A stretch of 64,000 nucleotides of DNA from Candidatus Vogelbacteria bacterium (lineage in GTDB: Bacteria > Patescibacteriota > Minisyncoccia > Phycocordibacterales > XYD1-FULL-46-19). Within the stretch, counting starts at the first letter, position 1; every line of letters starts with the position of its first letter. Where the stretch lies: contig CAIPHT010000015.1 of NCBI GenBank assembly GCA_903864935.1, forward strand, positions 6,618-70,617, in the 5' to 3' direction. The position numbers and the translations under genes are program-made. A model generated the notes under the pieces. That model searched no databases and was not told the origin of the DNA. It worked only from the letters and a program-made list of their open reading frames with translations. Below, in pieces: positions 52,767 through 62,752 of the stretch.

Positions 52767-55700
52767 ATGCTTAAGTCAAAGACCAACAGACTGGTCAAAT
52801 TTTTGGCGCTATTTTGCGGTAGCGGGATTTTGCTATTAACCCTTCTTCCTCTTACTACTACAGCCGCTTTTACTAAGCAGATTAACTATCAAGGCAAATT
52901 ATCTGACGGCACGGGAGCCTCCGTGGTTGATGGGACTTATTCAATTACCTTCAAACTCTATGATGCCCCAACTGGCGGTTCAGCTCTCTGGACCGAAACC
53001 CAGTCCGTGGTTGTTGCTTCAGGTCTCTTCTCCACCATGCTTGGCTCGGTTTCTTCGCTTGATAATATTAATTTTAATCAGGCTCTTTACCTTACTTTGA
53101 ATGTTAATGGCGACGGCGAGATGAGTCCGCGCAAGGTAATTGGGGCTGTCCCGGCCGCCTTCCAAACCTCGCGTTTAGACGGGAGCGCTTCAACTACGGT
53201 GGTTGATGTTAGTGATTATCTTTCGGTTAGTGGTCTAACGAACTTAGCGACCACGAGTCTTAGTGGCGACATTTTCATTAATAGCCTAACGAATTTGAGC
53301 GGTACTGATTATCAGAATTTTGTTCAAACTGGTTATGTCTATACTGACGACTGGGCGGGAGATACTGTTGCTTCTCTCTATAGCCAGTCAGACAGTGGCG
53401 TTGGCTTAACTGGCCAAGGGAATTATGGCGTTATAGGTCGTGGCAGTATTGGTATTATCGGTGAAGGTTTGGATATTGGCGTTGCTGGTATAACTAAGAA
53501 TGATTCTAGTATTGCTGGGGAGTTTTATACCGATGGTAATTATTCCACTGGCCTTAAGGTTGAGACCGGTGGCCTTGGAGGATTAGGAGTTGATATATAT
53601 ACCGGCAACGCTGAAAAGGCTTTAAATGTCTACAATAGTAGCTCCACCGCTTACTCTATCTATTCGGCAGGGGGGTTAAATCAATTTGAAGGTAGCACTG
53701 TTTTTGGTTCCAGTCCTAATACCTTGAGTATCTCTCAAGTTGATTTTGTTCCAGGGCTTCTCTCTGGGATGGAGCTAAGCGGTATAACGAATCTTGGCTT
53801 ACCTTTCTTTAGTATTAAGAATGGTCTTTTCTTGCGCGGGGCCGATGTTTATCCTGGAATAACTTTTGGTGATAGTACTTTTACGTACCAGTCGAGCATT
53901 GCTTATTCTACTACGACGCGAGCAATGAATTTCAATAACGCGAGTGTCTATAATTTTGATCAGGATCTCTCAGTTAGCGGTACAGTTAAAGCCACCTGTT
54001 TCTCTAATGACGGAGGTCTTACCTGCATCACGGGTGGCGCCGGTGTCAGTGGCGGGGGAGATTCTTTGTGGGCCACAACGTCTTTGTCTGGGAGAGTTAT
54101 TCATCCAAGCGTCTCTAATGTTTATCCGGTGGTTATTGGTGACAACGCGACGACTTCTGATTCGATCTTCGAGGTCAATGGTGATACTAAATTAAGGAAT
54201 AATTTAACTGTTGGGGGTCTTTCCTTCTTATCTGGGGTTACGGTTTCTAGCTTGAGTATCGGATCTCTCTCGGGCCTACTTTTCGGTGTTGGTGGAGCTG
54301 TTGGCTCTTTAGCGACTTCTTCACTGGGTTTGATCACTACCAATGTCGCGGAGGGTTCTAATTTATATTGGACAAATAACCGTTTTGATTCTCGCTTAAT
54401 GGCAACAACTTCGTTGCCTAACCTTGCGACTCTCTCCGGCCTCTCAAGTCTCGGTTCTTCTACCGGACAGACAACGATCTTGGGCAAAACAATTTTAACC
54501 AACGCTTCGACCACGGCTCTCTCTGTCTCTGGCCAGACTTATCTTACTGGCCTGCTAACGGGGGTTAATGCTAACTTTACGGGGACCCTTGGGGTAACTG
54601 GCAAGACAACTCTGGCCAACGCTTCGACCACGGCTCTCTCTGTCTCTGGCCAGACTTATCTTACGGGTAATCTTGGTATCGGTTTGACGAACCCTTCGAC
54701 AGCTCTGTCTGTTCTCGGTGTTGCTTCTTCAACTGGTCTCCAAGTTAACGGAAATGGATTTTTGACTGGGGCTCTCTCGGTCGGGACGAGTTCGGTCGCT
54801 TCTAAATTTAATTTGCAAGGATCGCCAGGTCTCTCTGTTCTCAATATTTCTTCGTCAACGGGAGCGTCTATTTTTACCATTGCGGGTAATGGGAGTATTG
54901 GTATAGGGACTTCAACCCCAAGCTCTAGTCTGTCAATTGCGACAAAGAATGCTGGTGATGGATTGAATATCGATGGGACTTCGAGTTTCTCTCCTTTTGT
55001 TACCTTTAGTTATAATTCTACTCAAGCTGGAGGGCTTGGTCTGGCTTTGGTGGGGAACCATGGAGTCACAGGAGCCAATCCTTTTGATATGGTTCTCTTG
55101 GCCAAGAGTGCGGGGAGTAATTTGTTGTTTGGGGCTAGCAATACCGAATATATGATGATTTCTGGCAACGGTAATATTGGTATGGGAACCAATACTCCGG
55201 TGGCGGCGCTTGATATTTATAATTCACGCAATCTCACTGACTTTACTTCGGTGATTGATTCAACGACGGTCTCGGTGCCCTCAAGTCCTCTGCTTAGCGC
55301 TGGTTATAAAATAAATAGCACCGGCCTTAATTCGGTTATGTTGGGAGCCTACTCAACGAGCTCTATGGCTTACACTTTTTCTTATGGTCAAAATAATCTC
55401 TTCACTAGACTTGGCATTGTGGGGGAATACGACACCGTTTTTGGATCTAACAATCGATTCAATGCAAGTATGGGTAGCTTAACCGTTGGTAACAATAATA
55501 ATTCGCACCTTCTTGGTAGTTCTTATCTTTTTGGTAACAATAACGACGTCTCTGGTATTGGAACAAAACAATTTGTTTTGGGTAACGGCAACCTTATCTC
55601 ATCCCTTTTTGGAGATAATTATGTCTTCGGTTCTGACAACAACATGCATTCGGCCGAGAACTTTGTCGTTGGGAACAATAACAATCTTTCTCAGGAGGGA

Positions 55701-56879
55701 TCATATGTTTTTGGTAGCAATAATTATAATGATGATGGTAACACCAGCGCCCCTTCATATATCCTTGGTTCTAATTCCACGACAACAACGGGTTATGCTT
55801 TTGTCTTTGGTAATAATCTGTCTGTAACAGCGACGAGCTCTTTCCTCTTTGGGGTTGATAATGGAACCTATGCGGTAAATAAAAATTATATTTTATCGGT
55901 GATGGGAGCAAGAAACGGTATTGGCTTTGGGACAACGACACCAGCTTATGCTTTCGTCGTCGGTAGCGGAGCCAAGGCGGCCACCTCATCTATCCAGGTT
56001 CCGCGGGGTGGCATTTGTGTTGATGACGATGGTTGGTGTACTCCTACTGATGGCAAGGTCTCAGCTGTCAATTATACGACTGGTCACTCGGACTTAGCGG
56101 AGAATTATCCAGCTTTTGAAAGAGACCTTGGTGCTGGTGATATTGTCTCTATCTCTTCTCTTAATAATTCGGGTCTTGCTTTCAAGGCTGATTTTGGGGT
56201 TAAGAAGGCGGTGTCGGGAGAAACGTCCTTGGGAGTTATCTCCACGAACCCAGGCATTACTCTTGGTCTTGATAATGAGATTAATAATATTGGCCAAGTC
56301 CCAGTAGCTCTGTCCGGCCGAGTTCCTGTTAAGGTTAATCTTGAGGGGGGGGTCATCAATGTGGGTGACCGCATAACCCTCTCGTCTTTTGCCGGAGTTG
56401 GCACCAAGGCAACCTCTTCAGCTGAGACTATTGGTATCGCGTTAGGAGCCTTCAATGCCCTCTCTCCTCAGACAAATGGTATTGGACAAGTCCTTGTCTT
56501 TGTTAATCTTGGCTATGCTCATCTTGATACTTCATCTGTCAACCGACCGCTTGGCACCTTCTCTGATTTCTCGGGTCAGACCCTGGCTAATGTCCAAGCC
56601 ATCATTTCCTCGAGTGGTAATTGGAGTATTGATAGCTCTGGCAATCTCACGGCGAAAACGCTTACCGCAGACAAACTTTGTCTCGGGTTGACCTGTGTGA
56701 CAGAGGGGGAGTTGAGGACAATCCTTGAAAAAGCCGGCCTCCTCTCTTCACCGGTTGTAACTCCGTCCCCTGATCCGACAAGCTCAGACCCTGTTATCGA
56801 GACCAAAGACACAGCCCCTGAGGCCACAAGCTCTGAGTCGATAAGTGTTGACCCAATTATTACCCCTGAATCTCAATAG
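52767..56879 (+). CDS. Giant secreted cell-surface protein (1370 aa) made of Gly/Ser/Thr-rich beta repeats with a tail-fibre-like C-terminal region
   Basis: Signal peptide, long low-complexity beta repeats (LSVSGQTYLTG motifs), a C-terminal YTTGHSDLAENYP segment, and a proline-rich C-terminus. Confidence 0.55.
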   Translation: MLKSKTNRLVKFLALFCGSGILLLTLLPLTTTAAFTKQINYQGKLSDGTGASVVDGTYSITFKLYDAPTGGSALWTETQSVVVASGLFSTMLGSVSSLDNINFNQALYLTLNVNGDGEMSPRKVIGAVPAAFQTSRLDGSASTTVVDVSDYLSVSGLTNLATTSLSGDIFINSLTNLSGTDYQNFVQTGYVYTDDWAGDTVASLYSQSDSGVGLTGQGNYGVIGRGSIGIIGEGLDIGVAGITKNDSSIAGEFYTDGNYSTGLKVETGGLGGLGVDIYTGNAEKALNVYNSSSTAYSIYSAGGLNQFEGSTVFGSSPNTLSISQVDFVPGLLSGMELSGITNLGLPFFSIKNGLFLRGADVYPGITFGDSTFTYQSSIAYSTTTRAMNFNNASVYNFDQDLSVSGTVKATCFSNDGGLTCITGGAGVSGGGDSLWATTSLSGRVIHPSVSNVYPVVIGDNATTSDSIFEVNGDTKLRNNLTVGGLSFLSGVTVSSLSIGSLSGLLFGVGGAVGSLATSSLGLITTNVAEGSNLYWTNNRFDSRLMATTSLPNLATLSGLSSLGSSTGQTTILGKTILTNASTTALSVSGQTYLTGLLTGVNANFTGTLGVTGKTTLANASTTALSVSGQTYLTGNLGIGLTNPSTALSVLGVASSTGLQVNGNGFLTGALSVGTSSVASKFNLQGSPGLSVLNISSSTGASIFTIAGNGSIGIGTSTPSSSLSIATKNAGDGLNIDGTSSFSPFVTFSYNSTQAGGLGLALVGNHGVTGANPFDMVLLAKSAGSNLLFGASNTEYMMISGNGNIGMGTNTPVAALDIYNSRNLTDFTSVIDSTTVSVPSSPLLSAGYKINSTGLNSVMLGAYSTSSMAYTFSYGQNNLFTRLGIVGEYDTVFGSNNRFNASMGSLTVGNNNNSHLLGSSYLFGNNNDVSGIGTKQFVLGNGNLISSLFGDNYVFGSDNNMHSAENFVVGNNNNLSQEGSYVFGSNNYNDDGNTSAPSYILGSNSTTTTGYAFVFGNNLSVTATSSFLFGVDNGTYAVNKNYILSVMGARNGIGFGTTTPAYAFVVGSGAKAATSSIQVPRGGICVDDDGWCTPTDGKVSAVNYTTGHSDLAENYPAFERDLGAGDIVSISSLNNSGLAFKADFGVKKAVSGETSLGVISTNPGITLGLDNEINNIGQVPVALSGRVPVKVNLEGGVINVGDRITLSSFAGVGTKATSSAETIGIALGAFNALSPQTNGIGQVLVFVNLGYAHLDTSSVNRPLGTFSDFSGQTLANVQAIISSSGNWSIDSSGNLTAKTLTADKLCLGLTCVTEGELRTILEKAGLLSSPVVTPSPDPTSSDPVIETKDTAPEATSSESISVDPIITPESQ
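54501..54664 (+). repeat. In-frame tandem duplication inside the giant gene: an exact 47-nt repeat (aacgcttcgaccacggctctctctgtctctggccagacttatcttac) at 54501-54547 and 54618-54664
   Basis: Exact identity with a 117-nt period. It encodes NASTTALSVSGQTYLTG twice. Confidence 0.8.
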
Positions 56880-56886
56880 ATACGAC

Positions 56887-57936
56887 ATGAACAAAAAAAT
56901 TTTTCTAGCCCCGTTATTTTTATTTCCAGTCATTTCTTTTGGAGCTAATTTTACCGATGTGCGAATTAATGAATTTTTGCCTCAACCGACGAGCGGTTCG
57001 GGTTGGGTTGAACTTATCAATTCCTCCTCTTCGGATATAAATTTAGCCGGCTGGACGATTGGCCATCTTAACTTTACAGAAGAATCTGGGACAACAACAT
57101 CACGTGAGGCCCTTGGTGGCCTAATTCCTCGAGGGGGTCTCGTTTCTTTTGATATTGATCTTCGGCCGGAAGGGGATCAATTAATTCTAAGTGATGAAGA
57201 TGGGGCACTTATCCACGGGGTCAGTTATGGTGATGCAGTTATCTCAACGACAGACTCTTTTGACATTCCCCCGAGCTTGGGTCAATCGGCGATAACGGCC
57301 AGTAATGATGGTGGCTTTTGGACCACAACCGACATGCCTAGTCATAATTGGTTTAATCAGTCTCCGACGAAGACGGATATTTTGGATACTTTGCCTGCTG
57401 GCGTCTCTAGTAATTTAGATGTTTCTTCTGATTGGACAATTTTGGGAGATATTATTTTCTCTCGTGAGGGCTTTGAGCCTGTTATTTGGACTGGCCCACA
57501 CAATCTGACTGGGGCCGTCGAGAGGGCTGAGTTTGCTCGTCTTGGTACGGAGTTAGTTAATCGTGTGGTTCTTCCTGTTTTGCCATCAAGCGGCGGAGGT
57601 GGAGGAGGCGGCGGGAGCCCTACTGCTTCAGGAGGGGTGGTCGCTACCCCAGTAGACCCTTTAATTGGTCTTGTTTTAGGGACCTCAACTTCTCGTCGCC
57701 CCTTTACCTTTAGCCGTATTTTGCGGCCTGGGATGCGTGGGCCAGATGTCCAAGAATTGCAGAAAATTTTGCAAAGGGACGGCTTTTTTAAAGCTCAAAT
57801 TACCACTTATTTTGGCCCCCTAACTTCTCGAGCCCTAAGTCTCTGGCAAAAAAAGAATAATATTCGACCGGCGACCGGGGTGGCAGGGAAGCCGACTCTG
57901 AGATATCTCAACCTTCTTGGGAGCTTGGACGGATGA
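56887..57936 (+). CDS. Secreted lamin-tail-domain (LTD) protein with a C-terminal peptidoglycan-binding domain
   Basis: RINEFLPQPTSGSGWVELINSSSSDINLAGWTI (LTD), a Gly-rich linker, and C-terminal MRGPDVQELQKILQ...YFGPLTSRALSLWQKKNNI (PG_binding_1). Confidence 0.6.
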   Translation: MNKKIFLAPLFLFPVISFGANFTDVRINEFLPQPTSGSGWVELINSSSSDINLAGWTIGHLNFTEESGTTTSREALGGLIPRGGLVSFDIDLRPEGDQLILSDEDGALIHGVSYGDAVISTTDSFDIPPSLGQSAITASNDGGFWTTTDMPSHNWFNQSPTKTDILDTLPAGVSSNLDVSSDWTILGDIIFSREGFEPVIWTGPHNLTGAVERAEFARLGTELVNRVVLPVLPSSGGGGGGGGSPTASGGVVATPVDPLIGLVLGTSTSRRPFTFSRILRPGMRGPDVQELQKILQRDGFFKAQITTYFGPLTSRALSLWQKKNNIRPATGVAGKPTLRYLNLLGSLDG

Positions 57937-58032
57937 GTCTAAAACTGTGGATAAATATTGTTTTTTCTGGCACAAACGGTGTATACTTAGAGTTAATATA
58001 AACAGTCATTTTATTATAAACAACAAAATTTT

Positions 58033-58698
58033 ATGAACAAATCTATCCTTGCTTTTACCACTGTCTCCTTTGTTCTTTTTTTGATGATCTACCCTGCGCT
58101 TGAGGCTGGTTTGGCAACAGCGGCTTCTACGGCGACAGTAGTGGCTAAGCAACAGGTAACCTCAGAGATTTCATTAACGGTGGCGAGTTCAACTATGGCG
58201 CTTCTCCCGGCTATCCCCGGTCTTACTGGTGGTACGGGTAATGCCTCAACTTCGGTCAACGTTATTACCAACAATAAAGCGGGCTACACGGTGACCGTCC
58301 AAGGCGCGGCAACGGCGGGGAAGACCGCGGCAATGGTTGGAGATACGACGGCAGGTGTTATTGCTGATTATGCTACGACCACCGGCCCTATCACTGATGC
58401 TACTTGGGCTGATACAAGTACTAACGGTGTTTCGCAATTTGGTTTTGGTATTACTAACACCTCATTGTCTTCAGCTAATGGTGCTCCTGGCTATGGCACT
58501 TGCACTCTTGTGGATTCTTGTTGGATGAAGTTAGGTACTACTACGACTCGGACAGTTGTGAATGTCTCTACTTATACATCCAACCTGGGGGACACTTTTC
58601 ATCTTAAGTTCCGCGTTCACTTACCAGCCAACTCCAACCCTTTAGTGCCCCAAGATTGGTATACAGCCACTACCACAGTAACCGCTATTGTCACTTAG
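58033..58698 (+). CDS. Secreted beta-rich protein, paralog A of a three-member family (conserved C-terminal Y-x-ATTT-x-TA strand, two conserved Cys)
   Basis: About 60% identical to 59778..60452. Signal peptide. Shared blocks SEISLTV.SSTM.LLP, GFGITNTSLSSANGA.GYGTC and LVPQDWYTATTT. Confidence 0.55.
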   Translation: MNKSILAFTTVSFVLFLMIYPALEAGLATAASTATVVAKQQVTSEISLTVASSTMALLPAIPGLTGGTGNASTSVNVITNNKAGYTVTVQGAATAGKTAAMVGDTTAGVIADYATTTGPITDATWADTSTNGVSQFGFGITNTSLSSANGAPGYGTCTLVDSCWMKLGTTTTRTVVNVSTYTSNLGDTFHLKFRVHLPANSNPLVPQDWYTATTTVTAIVT

Positions 58699-58734
58699 TT
58701 TAATTGTTCTTAATTATTATTATTTATAAAAAAT

Positions 58735-59778
58735 ATGCTTAAATACTCTCGTTCTTTGATTTTTATGGCTTTGCTTCTGGCCAATGTGGCCATGGCTTCG
58801 CTTGCCTTTGCTTACGCCACAGAGCCCGTGCAGATTGATCCTAGTCGACAAGATTTCGTCGTTGGTCCGGGTAAGACCGACCTCACTCTTACCCCTGGAG
58901 AATCAACCGTTGTTGAGTTGATGGTCTCTAACCGTACAGGGGTTGATCGTAATTTTGAAATTAAATTTGAAGACTTTGTGGGAAGTCAAGACTTGAGTTC
59001 CCCTGTCGTTTTTACTAATGAGAAGGGGGCGACAACGATGGCCGATTATCTTTCTGTCCCAGAGAAGACATTTTTCTTAAAGAATGGTGAGAGAGCGCGT
59101 ATCCCTGTCACTATCACTGTCCCAGCTGGCGCTGAGGCTGGAGGCCGCTACGCGAGTGTCCTCATCTCAACCTTGGTCCCCGTTGAGAAGACGGCGATAA
59201 ATGGTGATGAGAGAAAGGGTGGCGTGCCACTTATTACTCAGACCGGAACTTTAGTCTTCGTGACAATCCCTGGTAATGTTAAGAAGGAAGGCGCTTTAAC
59301 AGAATTTTTCACTCAAAACAAGAAATCATTTTTCTCTGTCCCCAAGGATGTCGTCTTTAGTTTAATTTTTAGCAATACCGGCAAGATCCACCTTAAGCCA
59401 TCTGGGACGATCTCGGTCAAGAACATTTTTGGTCAAGAAATTAAGAACATTGAGGTCACGCCTTGGTTTGCCATGCCCAATTCACTTCGCCTTCGTGAGG
59501 TCAATTTGATTGCCGACCCAGTTAAAGAAAAGCCGTTCATGCTCGGGCGTTATGTGGCTGAGGCCAAGATCTTCCGCGATTACGATAATCTTACTGATAC
59601 CAAGTCCTTTGCTTTCTGGATCATCCCTTGGAAGTTGCTTCTCGTAATCTTCTTAATCCTTCTTGTCATTGTCTTCTTAATCAGCTTGGGTGTTAAGTAT
59701 GTCTCTTCTCATTTTGAATTTAAGGCCAAACCGACAGAAGTGAAGCCAACAGAAGTAGTTCCTCCTCAAACATCATAA
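58735..59778 (+). CDS. Cell-surface protein with two beta-sandwich domains and a C-terminal TM anchor (DUF916/DUF3324-like, CscA-like architecture)
   Basis: Signal peptide, FVVGPGKTDLTLTPGESTVVELMVSNRTGVDRNFEIKFEDF, and a C-terminal hydrophobic anchor FAFWIIPWKLLLVIFLILLVIVFLI. Confidence 0.45.
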   Translation: MLKYSRSLIFMALLLANVAMASLAFAYATEPVQIDPSRQDFVVGPGKTDLTLTPGESTVVELMVSNRTGVDRNFEIKFEDFVGSQDLSSPVVFTNEKGATTMADYLSVPEKTFFLKNGERARIPVTITVPAGAEAGGRYASVLISTLVPVEKTAINGDERKGGVPLITQTGTLVFVTIPGNVKKEGALTEFFTQNKKSFFSVPKDVVFSLIFSNTGKIHLKPSGTISVKNIFGQEIKNIEVTPWFAMPNSLRLREVNLIADPVKEKPFMLGRYVAEAKIFRDYDNLTDTKSFAFWIIPWKLLLVIFLILLVIVFLISLGVKYVSSHFEFKAKPTEVKPTEVVPPQTS

Positions 59779-60452
59779 TGAAGTTAACATTTCTAAATCA
59801 TTATCATTCCCCTTTGGCATTGACCTTGGTCATCTTCTTTCTCCTGCTCGCTGTTTACCCAATGGTTGAAGCCGGTTTTGTCACGGCGGCCTCTAGTGCG
59901 ACTGTCGTCTCTAAACAACAAATTACCTCAGAGATATCCCTGACGGTGTCTAGCTCGACAATGGTCCTCTTGCCATCTATCGCTGGTCTTACTGGTGGCG
60001 CGGGATATGCTTCAACAACGGTTAATATTGTCACTAACAACAAGAATGGGTATACGGTGAATATTCAAGGGACGACAACTCCTGGTGAGTTGGGGGAGAT
60101 GAGTGGGGATACCACCGCTGGTTATTTTGGTGATTATCCGGCCACGGTGCCCGAGACTTGGGCGAGTTCTTCGGCCAACGGTGTGTCTCGTTTTGGCTTC
60201 GGCATTACCAATACTTCACTGTCTTCGGCTAATGGCGCATCTGGTTATGGGACTTGCGCTGGCTTCGAGTCTTGCTGGTCTAAGTTGGCGACCACAACAG
60301 CTAAGGCTGTGGTGACAACCAGCACCTTCACTCCTTATTCTGGCGACAACTTCCAGCTTAAATTCCACGCTCAGGTCCCGGCCAACTCTAATCCGCTTGT
60401 CCCCCAAGACTGGTATACGGCGACGACCACTTTGACAGCGGTTGTGATTTAG
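59778..60452 (+). CDS. Secreted beta-rich protein, paralog B
   Basis: Paralog of 58033..58698. Confidence 0.55.
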   Translation: MKLTFLNHYHSPLALTLVIFFLLLAVYPMVEAGFVTAASSATVVSKQQITSEISLTVSSSTMVLLPSIAGLTGGAGYASTTVNIVTNNKNGYTVNIQGTTTPGELGEMSGDTTAGYFGDYPATVPETWASSSANGVSRFGFGITNTSLSSANGASGYGTCAGFESCWSKLATTTAKAVVTTSTFTPYSGDNFQLKFHAQVPANSNPLVPQDWYTATTTLTAVVI

Positions 60453-60458
60453 TTTTCT

Positions 60459-61934
60459 ATGAAAATCTTTAGAGTGTGGCTGATTTTACTTTTTTTCGCT
60501 TTTGGTCTGTTTAACGGCCAGCCGGTTTTGGCTTCTACTGCGGCGGATGTCACTGCCAAAGTTTTTGTCTCTTCAGAGGCCACGACTTTGTCGGCCCCAA
60601 TTAATCTCTTAGCCGTAGTGGTATCTAGCACCCAGATAGATTTATCTTGGTCGCCACCTGAAGATATGACTGGGGTAGCGGGTTATTATATTTATCGCGA
60701 TGGTGTTCGTTTGGTTAGCACCAATAATTTAGCTTATTCTGACCAGAATCTATTACCTTCAACGACATACCAATATTACTTAACCTCGTTTGATAATATT
60801 GGTCGAGAGTCTTTGCCTACCCCAACGGTCACCGTTACGACAAATGATTTTGTCACTCCAGCCCCCGTCCCTGTTGTTGAGACGGGGAGCCACCTCTCAA
60901 GCAGCCTCTTTCGTCTGACTAATTTCAAAATTGTACCAGTTAAGAATAATGGTCGGCGTTCTTTAGTTGTCTCCTTCGATACTAATTGGCCGACGCTGGC
61001 GACACTTCGTTATGGTCTAAAGGAGGACACGTCACTAGCGATAATTAATGGGACGGGCTATGTTCAGCATCACAGCTACTCGCTAGATTCTCTCCCTAAG
61101 AGTTTGCAGTATTATATTAATATTAAACTCATTGCTTCGAACGGGTATTCGCCCACTTTGAGTTTAGTTTATGTCGACGGGAGAATCTTTGGCGATATTT
61201 TTAGACCCGGAGATGTCAGCGATCTTGACCTAAGGGCTCAAGGGAACTCAATTATTTTGTCTTGGCAGAATCCTGAGGCCACAACTTTTGAAAATATTTA
61301 TGTTGTTCGTTCGGATAAATTTTATCCGGTAACACGATTTTTTGGTTTGCCTCTCTGGCAGGGTCAGATGACAAGTTATGTTGATAAGGGCTTAGAATTT
61401 AATAAGAATTATTATTATGGAATTTTTGTTTGTGATAAGGATAAGATCTGTTCCCTCGGTTCATATGCAGTCGCTTACTTAGAGTCGGGCAACGGATTAA
61501 ATTTGATTACGGCAACAAGCTCTGCCCAAATTGTCGGGCGTTATTGTGAGCAAAAAAAAGTTTTTAGTGGTGACAAATTTTCTCTTTCTGTCTTGGCTGA
61601 TAAGAGGGAGGATAATCCAAGGCTTTGTCTTGTCCGTCTGACTAGGGGAGGGAAGATTATTGGGCTGCATCAATTGCTTGAGACCGAAGATGGACTTTTT
61701 GAATCCTCAGCTTTTTCTATTACGGAGGCGGGGATTTATCGTTATAATGTTGAATGTTATGATGCCTTTGGGTCCAATTTGAATAAAGTTGCTTGTGGAG
61801 AAATTACTGTGGCTGGGGCCAAACCACTTACCGGGGGAGCTCTCCGGTGTTGGATTAGTTGGTTTATAATTTTGGTTATCCTTATTTTGATTTGGTATTT
61901 TTTATTAAAATCAAAAAAACAAAATAAAAAATGA
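60459..61934 (+). CDS. Surface protein with a fibronectin type III domain and a C-terminal TM anchor
   Basis: LAVVVSSTQIDLSWSPPEDMTGVAGYYIYRDGVRL (FN3), and a C-terminal WISWFIILVILILIWYFLLKSKKQNKK. Confidence 0.55.
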   Translation: MKIFRVWLILLFFAFGLFNGQPVLASTAADVTAKVFVSSEATTLSAPINLLAVVVSSTQIDLSWSPPEDMTGVAGYYIYRDGVRLVSTNNLAYSDQNLLPSTTYQYYLTSFDNIGRESLPTPTVTVTTNDFVTPAPVPVVETGSHLSSSLFRLTNFKIVPVKNNGRRSLVVSFDTNWPTLATLRYGLKEDTSLAIINGTGYVQHHSYSLDSLPKSLQYYINIKLIASNGYSPTLSLVYVDGRIFGDIFRPGDVSDLDLRAQGNSIILSWQNPEATTFENIYVVRSDKFYPVTRFFGLPLWQGQMTSYVDKGLEFNKNYYYGIFVCDKDKICSLGSYAVAYLESGNGLNLITATSSAQIVGRYCEQKKVFSGDKFSLSVLADKREDNPRLCLVRLTRGGKIIGLHQLLETEDGLFESSAFSITEAGIYRYNVECYDAFGSNLNKVACGEITVAGAKPLTGGALRCWISWFIILVILILIWYFLLKSKKQNKK

Positions 61935-62692
61935 CTCTTAAAAAAATAATTTTCTCTACCTCCCTTATAATTGTTGTCTGGGCGACCCACGGTGTTTGGG
62001 GTGCGATGACGGGCGGAACATACAAAATTGACAGTGATAGCATTAATTCTGGTGGGATTGAGGACTCATCTTTTGGGAATTATAATCTCAATGATACGGT
62101 AGGTGAAATCTCCATTGGTAATTCTACCAGTTCTAATTATCAAATGATGGCGGGCTATCGACAGATGGAGGACGCGAGTCTGGCGATTGGTGTCTCTTTG
62201 CAGAATATCAATCTTGTGCCGGACCTTGGCGGTATCTCGGGTGGGACCTCAACCGGAGCGACCGAGGTTATTGTTACTACCGATGATCCGGCCGGTTATT
62301 CTCTCACGATCCAATCCGGTAATACTCCCGCTCTAACCTCTGATAGTGATACGATTGCTGATTATTCGCCGGCCGGAGCTATTCCCGATTACGGCTTTGT
62401 GGTCTCGGTGGGGCAATCTGTCTTCGGCTTTACCCCAGAGGGACCAGATATCGTTGATCGTTATCGCGACGATGGCAGTGGCACCTGTGGCATTGTGAAT
62501 GGCGGTGACACGACCAATAAATGTTGGGATGGTTTGGCCACAATCGCCAAGCCCATTGCTTACCGTGGCTTCGAGACGCCAAATAATGGAGCCACCACCA
62601 CCCTACGCTTCTCGGCGGGGATTGGTGCCAATCGTCTCCAACGCAACGGCTCTTATTACGCGACAACCACAATTACCGCTCTAGCGCTTTAA
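61931..62692 (+). CDS. Secreted beta-rich protein, divergent paralog C (C-terminal YYATTTITALAL)
   Basis: Shares the two-Cys core and C-terminal strand motif with A and B. Confidence 0.45.
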   Translation: MTLKKIIFSTSLIIVVWATHGVWGAMTGGTYKIDSDSINSGGIEDSSFGNYNLNDTVGEISIGNSTSSNYQMMAGYRQMEDASLAIGVSLQNINLVPDLGGISGGTSTGATEVIVTTDDPAGYSLTIQSGNTPALTSDSDTIADYSPAGAIPDYGFVVSVGQSVFGFTPEGPDIVDRYRDDGSGTCGIVNGGDTTNKCWDGLATIAKPIAYRGFETPNNGATTTLRFSAGIGANRLQRNGSYYATTTITALAL

Positions 62693-62752
62693 AACCTTTT
62701 GTTTTTTATTTTTCTTGGCCTGGGCTTGGTTTTTTTGATATACTTTCAAACA

